This document shows positions 27,753 to 39,624 of a DNA stretch of 64,000 nucleotides, piece after piece; the first letter of the stretch is position 1, and every line of letters begins with the position of its first letter. The DNA is from Phoronis australis (lineage: Eukaryota > Animalia > Phoronida), in contig NMRA01000378.1 of NCBI GenBank assembly GCA_002633005.1, forward strand, positions 363,329 through 427,328, in the 5' to 3' direction. The notes under the pieces were generated by a model. That model was not told the origin of the DNA and did not search any database. It worked only from the letters and a program-made list of their open reading frames with translations. Made by a program: the position numbers and the translations under genes.

Positions 27753-29189
27753 ATTAAACAAAATTTGGTCACGTTGTTAAAACTTTGATTTTGGTACTGA
27801 TGTACAGCCTTTACAATAAATTTAACTAAAGGCCATTGTCACGTGACCCAGTTAAGCGAAAAGTGATAAAAATCCACGGTTTGACCACCCTCTTGAAGAC
27901 GCAATTGAGTGGAGCAAAGAAACGATTTCACGTGCGTATCCCATTTAAGTGGAGAGGAGAGTAAGGGAATTTAAAAACCAATTGAAATATCGCCACTGGA
28001 TAGTCAAAAAGTTGGAACTATCATAATTCATAGCATGATGCTATTCCCAACAATTTCGCGATTGTCACAAACTCGTATTTCTTCTTCTGGGAACCTCTTA
28101 CGTGTTTGCTCGATTTCGGAGCTCATTAAAAATACGGTGATTTGTATATGGCAAATCATCCACTACTTCACAAACGCTGTCTCAGATTCATTATTCATGC
28201 TGATAGTTAGCCTTCGGCGATAAAAAAACACAGATTCTTGGTAGAAGCACATCAAGATGGTATAAGCAACATGACTGTGACAGGAAGTTTGTAGAGAGAA
28301 CTCCAATGAATTAAGAAAACATGATGATAGCACTGTGGTATGACCTTCACAAGTCTCTCGTGAGTAGGGCGGCATGGGCCGTTTTCAGGTTGAACCGGTA
28401 GTTTGAACTGTTGTCACACTATAGTTCCAAGCGAGTGCCTGTATTTTGTCCAACTATTGACCTTTGGCTTAAGTATTGTCCGACCCTGTTGCTGAACTAA
28501 ATTCGACTTCTTATACGTCAGAGTATTTTAAGCGCATATAACTGGTAAAGGAGTCGCCAGGTGTATTAAAATTATAAATTAAAACACAACGGATTTTCAC
28601 GGTTATGTCACTTCTGTTATTTTTTCTTTTTCATAACTTTACTAAAAAGACAATGTCGACAACGTCAAATCCAAGAAGTCAAATATAACACGTTTTCCAT
28701 ACATTTTATACAGATACTGAGTTACAGTGATCGTTATACTTTTGTACATGTAGATATCATATCGTTAAATCCACAGTCTTTCAGACTTTCTATTAGTATT
28801 TCTTGTAACCTTAAAGTTCTAATCCCGAAGAGTAAGCCAGCGTGGCTCGTTTAGGCCTGCGCAGGCCTTCAAAACTCTTTACATACGACTCTGATGTTTA
28901 ACTCTCCAACAGGGGATGTTCCGCCCTGTCACCATTCTGCTGTGCAGGCAACACGCGTCAACTACAATTCTTATAATGCATGTGCAATTGGGTTAGTATT
29001 TTTAAATCAAAACGAATGTATTGTTACCCACTATCTAGTGTTCATGGACATCTGCTAAGCACGTGACTAACACTGAATCTCGAATAGTTTTCAAGGGCTC
29101 CGGCTAAGTACGTGCCCTTCACGTTCAACCGACAGTTATACACAGACTTGTTAGTTATTGTTTTGTCAGTATCCTTGTTGCATTTTTAG

Positions 29190-30210
29190 GCCACACAATA
29201 GACGAGATTTTTGTCCAAGCTGAAGACTAAATTAAACATCGCGCAAAGTAGTAGCTTGGTTTACCTGGTGAACTGCAGCGATTTCCCTGAGTTTTACGTT
29301 GGCATGGCCACTCGGATTTTGCATCAAAGACAGGCTGAACACAAGAGAGACATCAGCAGTGTCTCGTCAACACTAGTTACATGTACACTTGAGAGAAAAA
29401 CGTTACATAATCTACTAAGTTAAAGGCACATGCAGGCGTAAACAGTATCGCGGGAGAGTGTGCTTGTATGTGTGTGGGGTGGGTGGGGGAACAAAATTTG
29501 AGTGCAACCTCCCGCCGGCTGCAGTTTGTTTTCCGCCACCACCCGGTTTCTCCTGAGGTTGATTCCACCTGCACCCCGTTGACACGAATTATGCCGCCAG
29601 ACAACGGTTTTACCTGCGCACCCTCCGGGGGTTCCTGGTGCGCTGCGTACTAGGAGTCCAATGTTGAAACATGGTGACGCGAGTTTTCACTGGCTTCTGC
29701 CAGGCGGGGCAAATGGTTTAAATTTGTCCAATTTTCACCAATCTGCTTTAAAATGCATCGAAACACCAATCTTCTAGAGGGTAATTATTTTAAACTGTCA
29801 GACATTACCTGGTGCATTTTTGTTGATGGATTTTTCAAAATTTCACTCTGCATCCTCAATTGCTAACACAGTTAGCGTATAACAGCATAAAAATTGTGCT
29901 GAATAAATGGACTTTCTTAGGTAACGAAACATGTGAGTCAGAATCCTAGATCGATTTTCTCGGTCGTGACAATAACCATGTCCAACTCTTAATCGGCGGT
30001 GCCTTTCACAAACGGGCGCTCCATGCTTAGGAATGTCGGAGCATAGGCTATGCTGGAGTTGTGGTGGATACATTTAGTATTTTGTTGACAGGTCCTGTAT
30101 TATGCACTATCATGTGAAGTGAGCATCTGTAACGGTATTCTGTTCTTTTCTGTTTGACTATTGTACGTGAAGATGATATATGCTTAACATCGAAACGTCG
30201 TTTTTTTGCT
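29190..30210 (+). mobile_element. Penelope-like retroelement 3' remnant (GIY-YIG endonuclease plus terminal hammerhead), interrupted by an insertion
   Basis: LVYLVNCSDFPEFYVGMATRILHQRQAEHKR at 29211-29390 matches the Penelope GIY-YIG pattern; it resumes as LGRDNNHVQLLI at ~29958; degenerate hammerhead at 30164-30201. Confidence 0.8.
29393..29945. repeat. ~550-bp dispersed repeat, second copy at ~31100-31955 (with an internal insertion at ~31320-31610)
   Basis: Collinear similarity, e.g. gttgattccacc.gcacc.ccgttgacac and aataaatggactttcttagg in both copies. Confidence 0.85.
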
Positions 30211-30275
30211 GTGCACTCAAGCATCTTTTTGTTTGCACTTCTTCCATCGAATTTGGCGAAATTCTAACATCAGTT

Positions 30276-30299
30276 ACACACACACGCACACGCACACGC

Positions 30300-30333
<34 letters not shown>
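30276..30333. repeat. (CA)n/(CACACG)n microsatellite
   Basis: Directly visible. Confidence 0.98.
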
Positions 30334-30335
<2 letters not shown>

Positions 30336-30832
30336 AACCATGTAATAAAACACCGTGTGTCATTCCAAACGTAAGAGAGGACGATGGGGAATCAAGAATC
30401 GACAGAAGCTAATAAACGTTTTTCTCAACTGCACTCATATATTAAAGGTGTATGATTCCCGACGTTTTCTTGTTTTGCTAAAAAAATTCTAAAACTTTGC
30501 CCGAATCTGGGAGCCGACTGTCTCCTCCTCCAGCTCACATCTGCCCAGTATTTACGAAGCTGTATCTCCCTTATAAAGTCCTGTAAGACGTTAGGTAGGA
30601 CTTCACAGACCACATGTTCCTTGTTCTCAAGTTCGTCTTGGGTATCAGTATCTGAGTATTTGGGCCGGATGAGTACCTAGTGACAGTAAATTGGTTAAAA
30701 TTTTGTTTTTAAATGTCAACATCTGAATTTAAAATTCATGAATTGTTCTAACACTCAATTTTGGGCCTACGTGAGCCTCAAAATACTGCTGCGTCATACT
30801 AGCCGGTAATTATGCGACAAAAAATGACCGCG

Positions 30833-31084
30833 TTGTTTACGCAGTCATTTTAGTAGATCAAAAGCAGGAAAAGTTTATTGAGTAAACAAAACGTTTATCG
30901 ACTTCAATATTCCAATTAGCCAATTAATAAAGTTGAAAACCGCAGGACAATACAAACACAAGGAAACAGAAATTGCCTTAGTTTCCAAATTATTGTTTAC
31001 CAACTCATTACAGTTGCTCGACTATAAAACGTGCTAAGTGGTTGTGTTATGATCAACCTTGCAGAAGCGAGCGTAGACAACAGT
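30833..31084 (+). promoter_or_regulatory. Candidate defensin promoter and short non-coding exon 1
   Basis: TTGTTTAC 30833-30840, GTAAACAA 30882-30889, TTGTTTAC 30993-31000, TATAAAA 31023-31029, Inr-like TCA at 31053-31055, strong donor GTAAGT at 31085. The ATG exon at 33601 begins with an acceptor, so an upstream exon must exist. Confidence 0.55.
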
Positions 31085-32349
31085 GTAAGTATGGTAGTTA
31101 GAAAAAACGTTACTCTACTGATTTAAAGACACACGTATTCGTAAATAGAAACGTAGGAAAGTGTGCGTGTATGTGTGTGGGAACAAGATTTGCGCGCAAC
31201 CTCCCCTTCAGCTGCAGTTTGTTCTCCGCCACCAACACGGTTTCGCCCGAAGTTGATTCCACCGGCACCCCCGTTGACACCGATTGTGCAGCCAGACAAG
31301 GGTTTCACCTGCGCCCCCTCCTTGATTGCTTTAGTAAGCCCGCCGTAGGAAGGTAATCATTATTGAAGAGGGTGTGAGCACAAACTAATCCAGCTTCGTC
31401 AAACCTGTGCCCCCGTGGTACTGCAAAATCCGGAAGAATGTGGGGAAACCGGTATTACCTTTGAATGAATAGACGGAACATTTTCTCGAAAACCACGGTT
31501 GGTTTCTTCAATTTACGGGAACAAAAATGGGGCCCTGAGAGTCTACTTTGGGGAAAGTTCACTTCATTAGAATTGTGCTTTGAAGGGTACATTTTAGAAT
31601 GTTACGCTTCGGGGGTTCCAGGTACGCTGCCCAGTAGGTGTTCAATGTTGAGACATGGTGACGCGAGTTTTACAGGCTACTGCCAGGCAGAGCAAATAGT
31701 AGAAAACTGTCCAATTTTCATCAATCTACTTCAAAATGGATCAAAACTCCAATTTCCTAGAAGGTAATTATTTCAAACTGGCAGGAATTACCTGGCGCAT
31801 TTTTGTGGATAGAGATTTTTCAGAATTTCACCCTGCATCAATGTACGTACACTACATGTATGCATCATCAATTAACACCCGGTTAGCGTATAACAGTATA
31901 AAAATTGCGCTGAATAAATGGACTTTCTTAGGCAAAGAAACATGTAAATCAGAATCAAAGCTTGCAGGTTGCAAGAGATTATTACCTTGTTGGGCCGTCA
32001 TGTGGAAAGGCAATATAAAAACTAAAGGTAGACACGGTGCATATTTCCTGCCAACTGTCGCAGGACTTTTTGAAATCTGTGATTCGCAGTATGGATTTTT
32101 TGGGCATTCTCACAGAGACTCTTGCAGCTACTTGACTGTCTAGCTGTGCTTGGGAGCTCTTCAGAACTCGAGTTACACAGGCTATCTAGGAGACTCAGGG
32201 TGTGCAGAAAAAAACAACGGAATATTTATTCACATTTGCTTCTGTTGGTACCTGTTAATACAGTCGGGTAATTGTTGTGATATTAAATGTTTTTATAAAG
32301 AATATCTTGGAGAAAATAATGCGAACGCTTATTTTTATTCACATTTCAT

Positions 32350-33200
32350 TTCGATATAATGTACTCGTTTCTCCTTAATGTGATCGGGCATTAAACCTCC
32401 GCCACAGCTCTGATTGATATTACTGATAACTTCCCTTGACAGGAGACGCCTTGTAGATGCTGCGTTTTTGTTCCTGAAAAAGGCCTTTGACACGGTTCAT
32501 CATGGTTGTCTCTCAAACATGCTGGGTGTGGAGGGGTGTGGTTTGGGTGCTATCTCTCAGGTGCTGCCTCTCAGGTAGCACCTGAACACCTCTCGATGTA
32601 CAAATGTAAATGGCCACTATACAGATTTTGTGACTGTCTACTAATGGGTTCTGCTAGAATCCATACCATGCCCTACTACTCAGTTTGTATTTAAATCATT
32701 GGGCGTTGTAATGTTATTGGAGGCAGCAAAGTTGAGATGTACATGTACAACGACAACACAGCATGTGTTTATACTGGTCATTCAAAGTCGGACGTTGAAA
32801 ATACTCTTAAAACTAACTTAATACATGTTTTTCAAGGACTAGATGACAACAGTAGATTACATGTAAATGCTAAAATAACCGCGGTTATATGGTTTCTTTT
32901 TCACCAAAAGTTTAAACTTGCAACATTCCTTGATTTTTGCGTTAATAAGTCTTCTCTGGAGTGTGTGTTAATAATATGAAATATTTAGGTATTTTTCTTG
33001 CTAGACACATTTTCTGGGCCGTACATGTCGATTTCATTTACTCTAAAGTGACTCAGATGTAAACTCTCTTAAACTATTGTACAATCATATCTTTAGTTTT
33101 GTCATGGTTAGAATATTGTGATGTTGTTTCGCATACACGGTCTATTTGCAGCCAAATAAATATACGAGTATTGACTCTTTGCACCCCAGTTTGGGCTGGC
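32350..33200 (+). mobile_element. Highly decayed CR1/L2-type LINE RT fragment
   Basis: FLFLKKAFDTVHH (~32465-32503), MYNDNT (YADDT equivalent, ~32743), KYLGIFL (~32979). Confidence 0.7.
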
Positions 33201-33611
33201 TCAAATTGGATGTCCATAATAGAAATACTCGGTATAATTACTCTGGCGATATCTTTTCTCCTAAAACCAGAAGTAATTTTCATAAACACTCATTCTTATA
33301 CTGTGGTGTGTTGCCATGAAGCAGTTTACATGTACCTATTGGCCTCCGTCAAAGTAATTGTAGTAATATTTTCAAGTCCAGGTACACGTGTGATATTCGA
33401 TGGTTTTAACATCTTCAAATGTATACTTGTCTTTTACGCAAGCGTGTCAGATTTCTTGTTAACGTTATAATTGTACATATAAATTCTTCTGATACCATCT
33501 TGTCAACTAGATTTTTAACATTTTTTTCTGTTCAGAACCATTCGGAACACCAGATTTATAACTGAATCGATTTTATCCTGACGAAATTTTTCTTCTACAG
33601 GAAACTGAATC

Positions 33612-33693
33612 ATGAAGTGCGTCGCGGTATTCATTGTATTGATGTTGGCTGTGGGCTGCCTCCAGGCGCTGCCGGTAGATGGCGAAGACGACG
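33612..33693 (+). CDS. Defensin precursor coding exon 1: signal peptide and acidic propeptide
   Basis: Acceptor ttcttctacag at 33600; MKCVAVFIVLMLAVGCLQALPVDGEDD; phase-1 donor G|gtgaga. Confidence 0.88.
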
Positions 33694-35772
33694 GTGAGAG
33701 CGAAAAGGGTCTTCACCCTGAGCAGCGTTTTGAAAGAATTTCGCAAGTGAAGCTAGTGAGATGACGCGAAGTGCTTGCTATACCTGACGAGACCTCGCGA
33801 GGTCTTGCGTTTTCGCGAGTTTTTTGAGACTGTGGCGGCTGAGTTTGGTCGAGCTTGCAACGTGGATAATTTTTTTGAGTAACACTTTAACTTTAAAACT
33901 GCATTTTGTCCAACAATTAACCAGCCTAAAGAAAATCGAATTAGAACTTTTCCTCTAATATAGGTCTCAGAACATTTCTTACGGCGATGGGGTTCTATTT
34001 CCGTTACCAACTAAAATATCGAAACCATTAACTACTCAAAAACGCTTCAGAACACGTTAGGGTTTGACAACCTTAAAAATTTGGATTAAAAAATGATGCA
34101 TGAATGCATTGCCTGGGACTTAAGTTTACAATCGTGAACATGTTTTGAAACCTATTCGAGTGATAGTGGTGACGTACATATGTCTTTATTATTACGCGAT
34201 CTAGACCCAGAAATTGGAATAGAATTGCACAGTCAAAATATTGAAAATTTTGTAGGTCTTGGATTTTTTTCCCGGTTCAAGTAACCACGGGGTGCAAATA
34301 AGCACTTGAGTTTTTTCTATAAAATTGTGTGTTTGGATTAATCACTGTTGTCCGACAACGGTTGTCACACCCATTGCATGCTCCCGGAGGGTGCGGAATG
34401 GAGGATTAGTATTGATCAGGTCCATATCCAGGTAACAATTTTTGAAGAGTTTTTAAGTATCTTACAGAGCTACGTAAATTTGGTCTACTTATCATTGTTT
34501 TATCATTTTGGCATATTAATTGTATTTGACTGGAACCATAGCGTCAAAATGACGTCACACTAATCAGCTTAATAGCGTTTCAGTTCAAAAGTATTGACCG
34601 CTAAGCTTCGGTGAAATGTAGCTTTGGAATTTTCCGTGTTCCTTTCTATTTAGACGTATACAGGGTTTCGACCCAATTTAGTACCGATACTTCAAGTAAA
34701 AATCTCAAGGAAAATAGGTAGACTATATTGATCGCTACTTCGTCTGTTAACTGAAAAATGGTCAGCTTGAAAGTAGATAATGATGCTGTTGAGATGTACT
34801 TAGCCGAAAATGATATCTCAAGCTACATTTCAATCGTGGAAAACAAAATGCGTTCACAGACACTGACCTAATTTCATGACTCGATTGATCTGACGGGTCA
34901 CACAAATGAAATCAATCGACTTCAATCAACTAATCAATCAAATTATTTCTGTAGTAAAGGCGATAGGTCCACTGTACAAAATTTGCCATTTAGCAGAACC
35001 GGACGACCCAAGAGTATAATCGTATTGCCTAAGTACATGTACGTAGGATTCATTGTAGCTAAGGCGGGATTATGAGCAATCAACTTCAAACGGATCAAAG
35101 AAAACAATGAGGCACAAAAGTCGCAGTACTACATTTTACGCTGTAATACAATCTAAACTTTCAGTTCCCCCGTAGATCGGTTCCATTCACGTACGCTATG
35201 GATTTCAACGTAAACAGGAAAGTTTCCATCCTAGACTCCATGAGCTCTTTGTCCAAACAACAAAAAATTAGAAAAAAAATATTTTAAACGTACTTTAGAA
35301 AATGCAACGCGTACTGAATGTTCACTGTCGTAGTCGTCCTTCTAAAGGCTTTTATCAACCGCTCTTTTTATCGAACTAATTTTGAATTGAAATTATGCAC
35401 ATGTTATAGGCCTGCCGTGAGTTAACGGCAGCAGAGGCAAGTTGGAAAGTTATCACTGAAAGCTTCAAAGCTAGGGTAGTCAACCTGTGTCCCTTGCGAA
35501 GTGGACGGCTGTTCTCGTTACTAGTATTCCGTCTGCTCCATATACAATCCTTAGTTTTTTCGTCGCGGAACACGCCCCCTGCCGCCGCAATAGACAATTC
35601 AAACTTTTGTTATACCACATCCAGTAGCGCATTTTATCTTCGCTTTCTACATTCCGCTTGGGTTATTTGAACGTAGCACACCCGAACCTCGGCCACGGGT
35701 CTAAACTGTACACTTCTGCAGTTAGTCGTGAAACTGAAGTCTGTTAAAAGTAAATAATGCTCACTATTTCAG

Positions 35773-35906
35773 TTGCTCTGCAAAGAACCCGCAGAATAAC
35801 GTGTGACCTTCTTGGAAGCCAATTTTTGTGCGTAATGCATTGCTACGGACATGGCAGAAGTGGCGGATACTGTAACTCTCAAGGGGTGTGTGTCTGTCGG
35901 CGATAA
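35773..35906 (+). CDS. Defensin precursor coding exon 2: RTRR convertase site and mature insect-type CS-alpha-beta defensin
   Basis: Acceptor tatttcag; (V)ALQRTRR-ITCDLLGSQFLCVMHCYGHGRSGGYCNSQGVCVCRR*; Cys spacing C-x8-C-x3-C-x9-C-x5-C-x-C; xTCDLL start and GGYC core; phase matches the signal exon; donor gtatgt 1 nt after the stop. Confidence 0.95.
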
Positions 35907-36371
35907 GGTATGTATATTGTATGCTGCTGTGATTGGTGAGAACGCTTTTAGTCATTATACATGTAGACAGATTAGCTGGATAATTTGCAGTCACTGATAA
36001 ACATAATAGCTTGTTCTCCATGTTATCTTTAAAAGAAAGACGACGTATTATTAAAGGCCTAATATGGTGACTATTTTTACTTCTAAAATATATTTATTGA
36101 TGAAAAACATCAAAATACTGTGTCATAGCTGCAGTGGCGGATCTAGGATATCACAAGGGGGAGGACAACATTTTGTCTGTAAATATTTGCTCCACGCCCG
36201 ATTGTAGATGTGCATAGCACCGAATGGGGGGAGGTCGGGAGAGGGGCTTGCCCCCCTGAAATTTTTCTGTTTTTTCTTCCAAAAATCAAGCGTTTTCCTT
36301 GATTCCCGAATTATTATCCAAGAACAAAGGCAAAAAAGCGAAGAAAGTGTCAACCAACAAAAACTGAGAGT

Positions 36372-36427
36372 ACCACGGACTCGAACTCACGAATAGAACA
36401 CGCGTGCTTTATCACTGCACCACCACG
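36372..36427 (-). mobile_element. tRNA-derived SINE-like head
   Basis: Minus-strand A-box-like TGGTGCAGTGA and B-box GTTCGAGTCC; no complete cloverleaf. Confidence 0.4.
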
Positions 36428-36532
36428 ATTTAACTCCCAAATTGATACTAAGAGACCTACTTATTTATTTAAATCAGTTTATGGTCACAATAAGACCAAA
36501 AACCGTAAGAGATACATACAATATGTATATAT

Positions 36533-36574
36533 ATTCAACGTTTCGTCTTTTCATTAGACATCATCAGGATCATA
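36533..36574 (-). ncRNA. Identical minimal hammerhead ribozyme on the minus strand
   Basis: 36533-36580 is the perfect 48-bp reverse complement of 36719-36766. Confidence 0.7.
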
Positions 36575-36621
36575 TTTACAACAATTTAGGACAACGAGTG
36601 CCAACATACATAGAGTGAAGT

Positions 36622-36623
<2 letters not shown>

Positions 36624-36697
<74 letters not shown>
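36624..36697. repeat. (TA)n microsatellite
   Basis: Directly visible, at the centre of the palindrome. Confidence 0.99.
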
Positions 36698-36701
<4 letters not shown>

Positions 36702-36724
36702 TCACTTCACTCTATGGATGTAAA

Positions 36725-36766
36725 TATGATCCTGATGATGTCTAATGAAAAGACGAAACGTTGAAT
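36725..36766 (+). ncRNA. Minimal type I hammerhead ribozyme (Penelope terminal-repeat type)
   Basis: CUGAUGA (36732-36738), extra U, stem II GUCU/AGAC, GAAA (36755-36758), then CGUU; helix III vestigial. Confidence 0.7.
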
Positions 36767-38732
36767 TGAACATGAAGTTTTTTATTTGTGCGGCGATCGT
36801 CCGGTTTTTGATCTACTTATTTATGGTCCACAGCGTTTGCACGCGAAAACTCTTTCTTTTTTGTAATGCTTATTACATGTTTCATATTTTGTGCAATCAG
36901 TTCGTAACAAATTTGTTGTATTTAAAATAGTCTTCAATTGCCCAAAAGACCAAATTCGTTTTTGTGTTGGCAACAATGACGCGATTGCTTTGGAAATCGC
37001 CTTAAGTAAAGGTTTGACAAAGAGAGAATTATGAGTTTCTGAGTGATTCACCAGAGCTTCGATTAAAATTGACATCTTGCCAGCAGCTTCTGTTTTTTCA
37101 CCATCACTCAGAGTCTAGTATCTTTAAAAAATGAAGTAATTTTCTTCATTACACAGTGGAGCAGACGACGGAAACGGAGTCGTAGTGCCCAGCGCCACTG
37201 CCGGTCGCCTGAGATATCGCGGGAGAGCCTATACTTAGCCATAGTTGCGTTACGATTGCGCCGTGTTCCGAATTTGACACTTGAAATTGGATCTGAGCCC
37301 CCCCCAAACATTGAAACTGCACACATTTAAATCTTGTTTCAGTCGTATAATTTCAATTACCGGGGATAATTAATAAATTCAACATTTCCCTATGCTCTTG
37401 CTGTTTTCTTTTTTTGCGGCAGCCAAGGGGGGGGGGAGGCGGGCCCCCTGCCCCCCACATCCGCCTATGGCATACCACAGTCGTTAATTACGGAAGCCTT
37501 TGACACTGCAGTAGCCCCATCACGAACCCCATTTAGCGCCAAAAAACTTGAGATGGCGCTTGCACTAATCGATGTCTATGACATCATCGTTACAACGAAT
37601 TTGGCTTTCACAATGTTTCCATTGTATTGGAATCAGCGACGAGTAGTCCTTTAAAATTAGAACAAAATAAGTGTAAAATCATGGAAACACGTTAATTGTT
37701 TATTTCATGTCATTCAATATTAAAGTTGATCAAAATCATTACCTTTAGAATTTTTCATTCAATTATTTAGCGCGCATCCTAATACGGGTCCGTATGGGAG
37801 TCACAGGAGGATTACTGGGGTCGCCGAAACAGCCGAAAAAAAAAACTCTTCGCCCGAATTGTTATCATTCAATTTCACAATGTTTATTATAGTGTAGTTT
37901 GTTTGATACAAAAACTTTGATATTAGGAACTTTGCATTGACGTCTTCTTGAAGACGAGGGTGTGAACGCTGCGCAATTCCGATACGGGCCGCCGTCGAGT
38001 GTGTGTCCCGTATAATAGAATTGGAGACAGTGGGCCGTTTAATTTGGTGCAAAATACGTGGACACATTACAACACATATCAGCTTGATCTTTTCGTACAA
38101 AGCAATTATATTCACATTCACTGACAATTTTGTATTTGAAACTCAATTTTCAAAATTATTCGCCCTGAAATACTGCAACCCGCAGTCTCCGCAGTTGTGA
38201 GTATCTGCAATGAATTAAAGTATGAATTGATTGCATGGAAACATTCCGAATTATAAAGATTTGTAATCAATTGCACGTTTTTAATTCAATCAAAAATATA
38301 TTCCGATATGGGCCGCCAGTATCTGAATTCCGTTAGGCCTATGGGAACGACCCAAGTCAGAATATTCCGATTTGGGCCGGATTCACTATACGCCGGGCCG
38401 GAACAGTAACACGAAACGTCGAAGTGCGCACTGCAAATCTTAATTGTAGCCAGTCAGATAGCTCAATAGGAGTAAGGGAAATCTGCATACACAGCAATGA
38501 CTCTCAGCTCTATGTTCATCTCTGATTTTTTTCGCATTTGACACATGTATCCACATTGTTGCCGGAAATCTATTCTCTGACCTACAACTACATGTATAAC
38601 CCAGACTTGTAGGTTGAAATTTCTTCACTCTACCTCAGTATGTACTCAGCTCAAGTGTCTTTCATTTTGTGCTCGAGTTTAGTCAGGATTGTAATTACAT
38701 ACAGGTAATTACCATTTAGATTTTATTTTCAG

Positions 38733-38810
38733 GCAATTGGTTGGTCAACGGCACGGATGACATTTGAAACTTACACAGTTTAATAAATGTACTGACGACC
38801 ATGGAAAAAT
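38733..38810 (+). other. Defensin 3'-UTR exon with polyadenylation signal
   Basis: Acceptor ttttattttcag at 38732 and AATAAA at 38782-38787; both are conserved in the paralogous block at 45156-45210. Confidence 0.65.
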
Positions 38811-39624
38811 AAATATCTTTCAAAGGCACTTTCATTTGTTTCGTGACTGCTGCATTTCTCGCTCCATGAATGTCGATGACTGCGAGTGTGAATTCTAATC
38901 ATCTTCAAAACGCGTTTGTGGACCATGTTATAAAATCCTCAATGCAGTACTGTTGAAGTCTGTAAAAAGGCCATGCTGTGGTCATCGTTATTCATAAATG
39001 CCAGCGAAGACGGAGAGCTACGGCCTGATCATCTGTCTGTCACAAGTCTTGATACATGTAGCTGAGCTGAGGTGCGTCACGTCAATGCCAGAGCAATTGA
39101 ATGAAGCGGCAGTAAATCTGAAATTTTCATATATAAACCTGAGCTGTCAGCTCAACTACCTTTCGAGACACACGAATGGGCTTGTAGCCGTCCGTGGTGT
39201 ATGTCCCTAGGCAGACATCACAGGCGCCTGTAATTCCAGTCTAATGAATACATGTAGTTTAGGACAACGTGAAAGTCGCACTGGTCTAACGTATCCATAT
39301 AACTGTTGCATTTTACCTTTTATGCTTGCTTTTCGATGCAGTTTTGGTTTTGGTGAGTGCTCAAGGCCTGGAAAACAAACGTATTTATTTATTATTGTAA
39401 TATTTACAATAAGGATAGACCCATCAGTGGCCACGGGGCCCTCAGTAAAAACATACAAAGATACTAAGACAAACAAACAGAATTACAAAATGAAAGGCAA
39501 GTTTTAAATGATCAACAATGAATTTGAAACTGACATGGATAGACTGATGAAACAAAATAAATGATAATAAACAATAAACAGAAGATACGAAACGAAAGAT
39601 AACATGATTAAATAAAAATAAAAA

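Noticed and set aside
31123-31308. Gly-rich minus-strand ORF GVNGGAGGINFGRNRVGGG
   Set aside because: Lies in a dispersed repeat whose other copy (29377-29604) is frameshifted; no splice or start context.
34955-35020. Alternative phase-1 exon after the defensin signal exon (VKAIGPLYKICHLAEPDDPRV*)
   Set aside because: The acceptor is plausible but the peptide has no recognisable features; the 35773 exon completes a canonical precursor.
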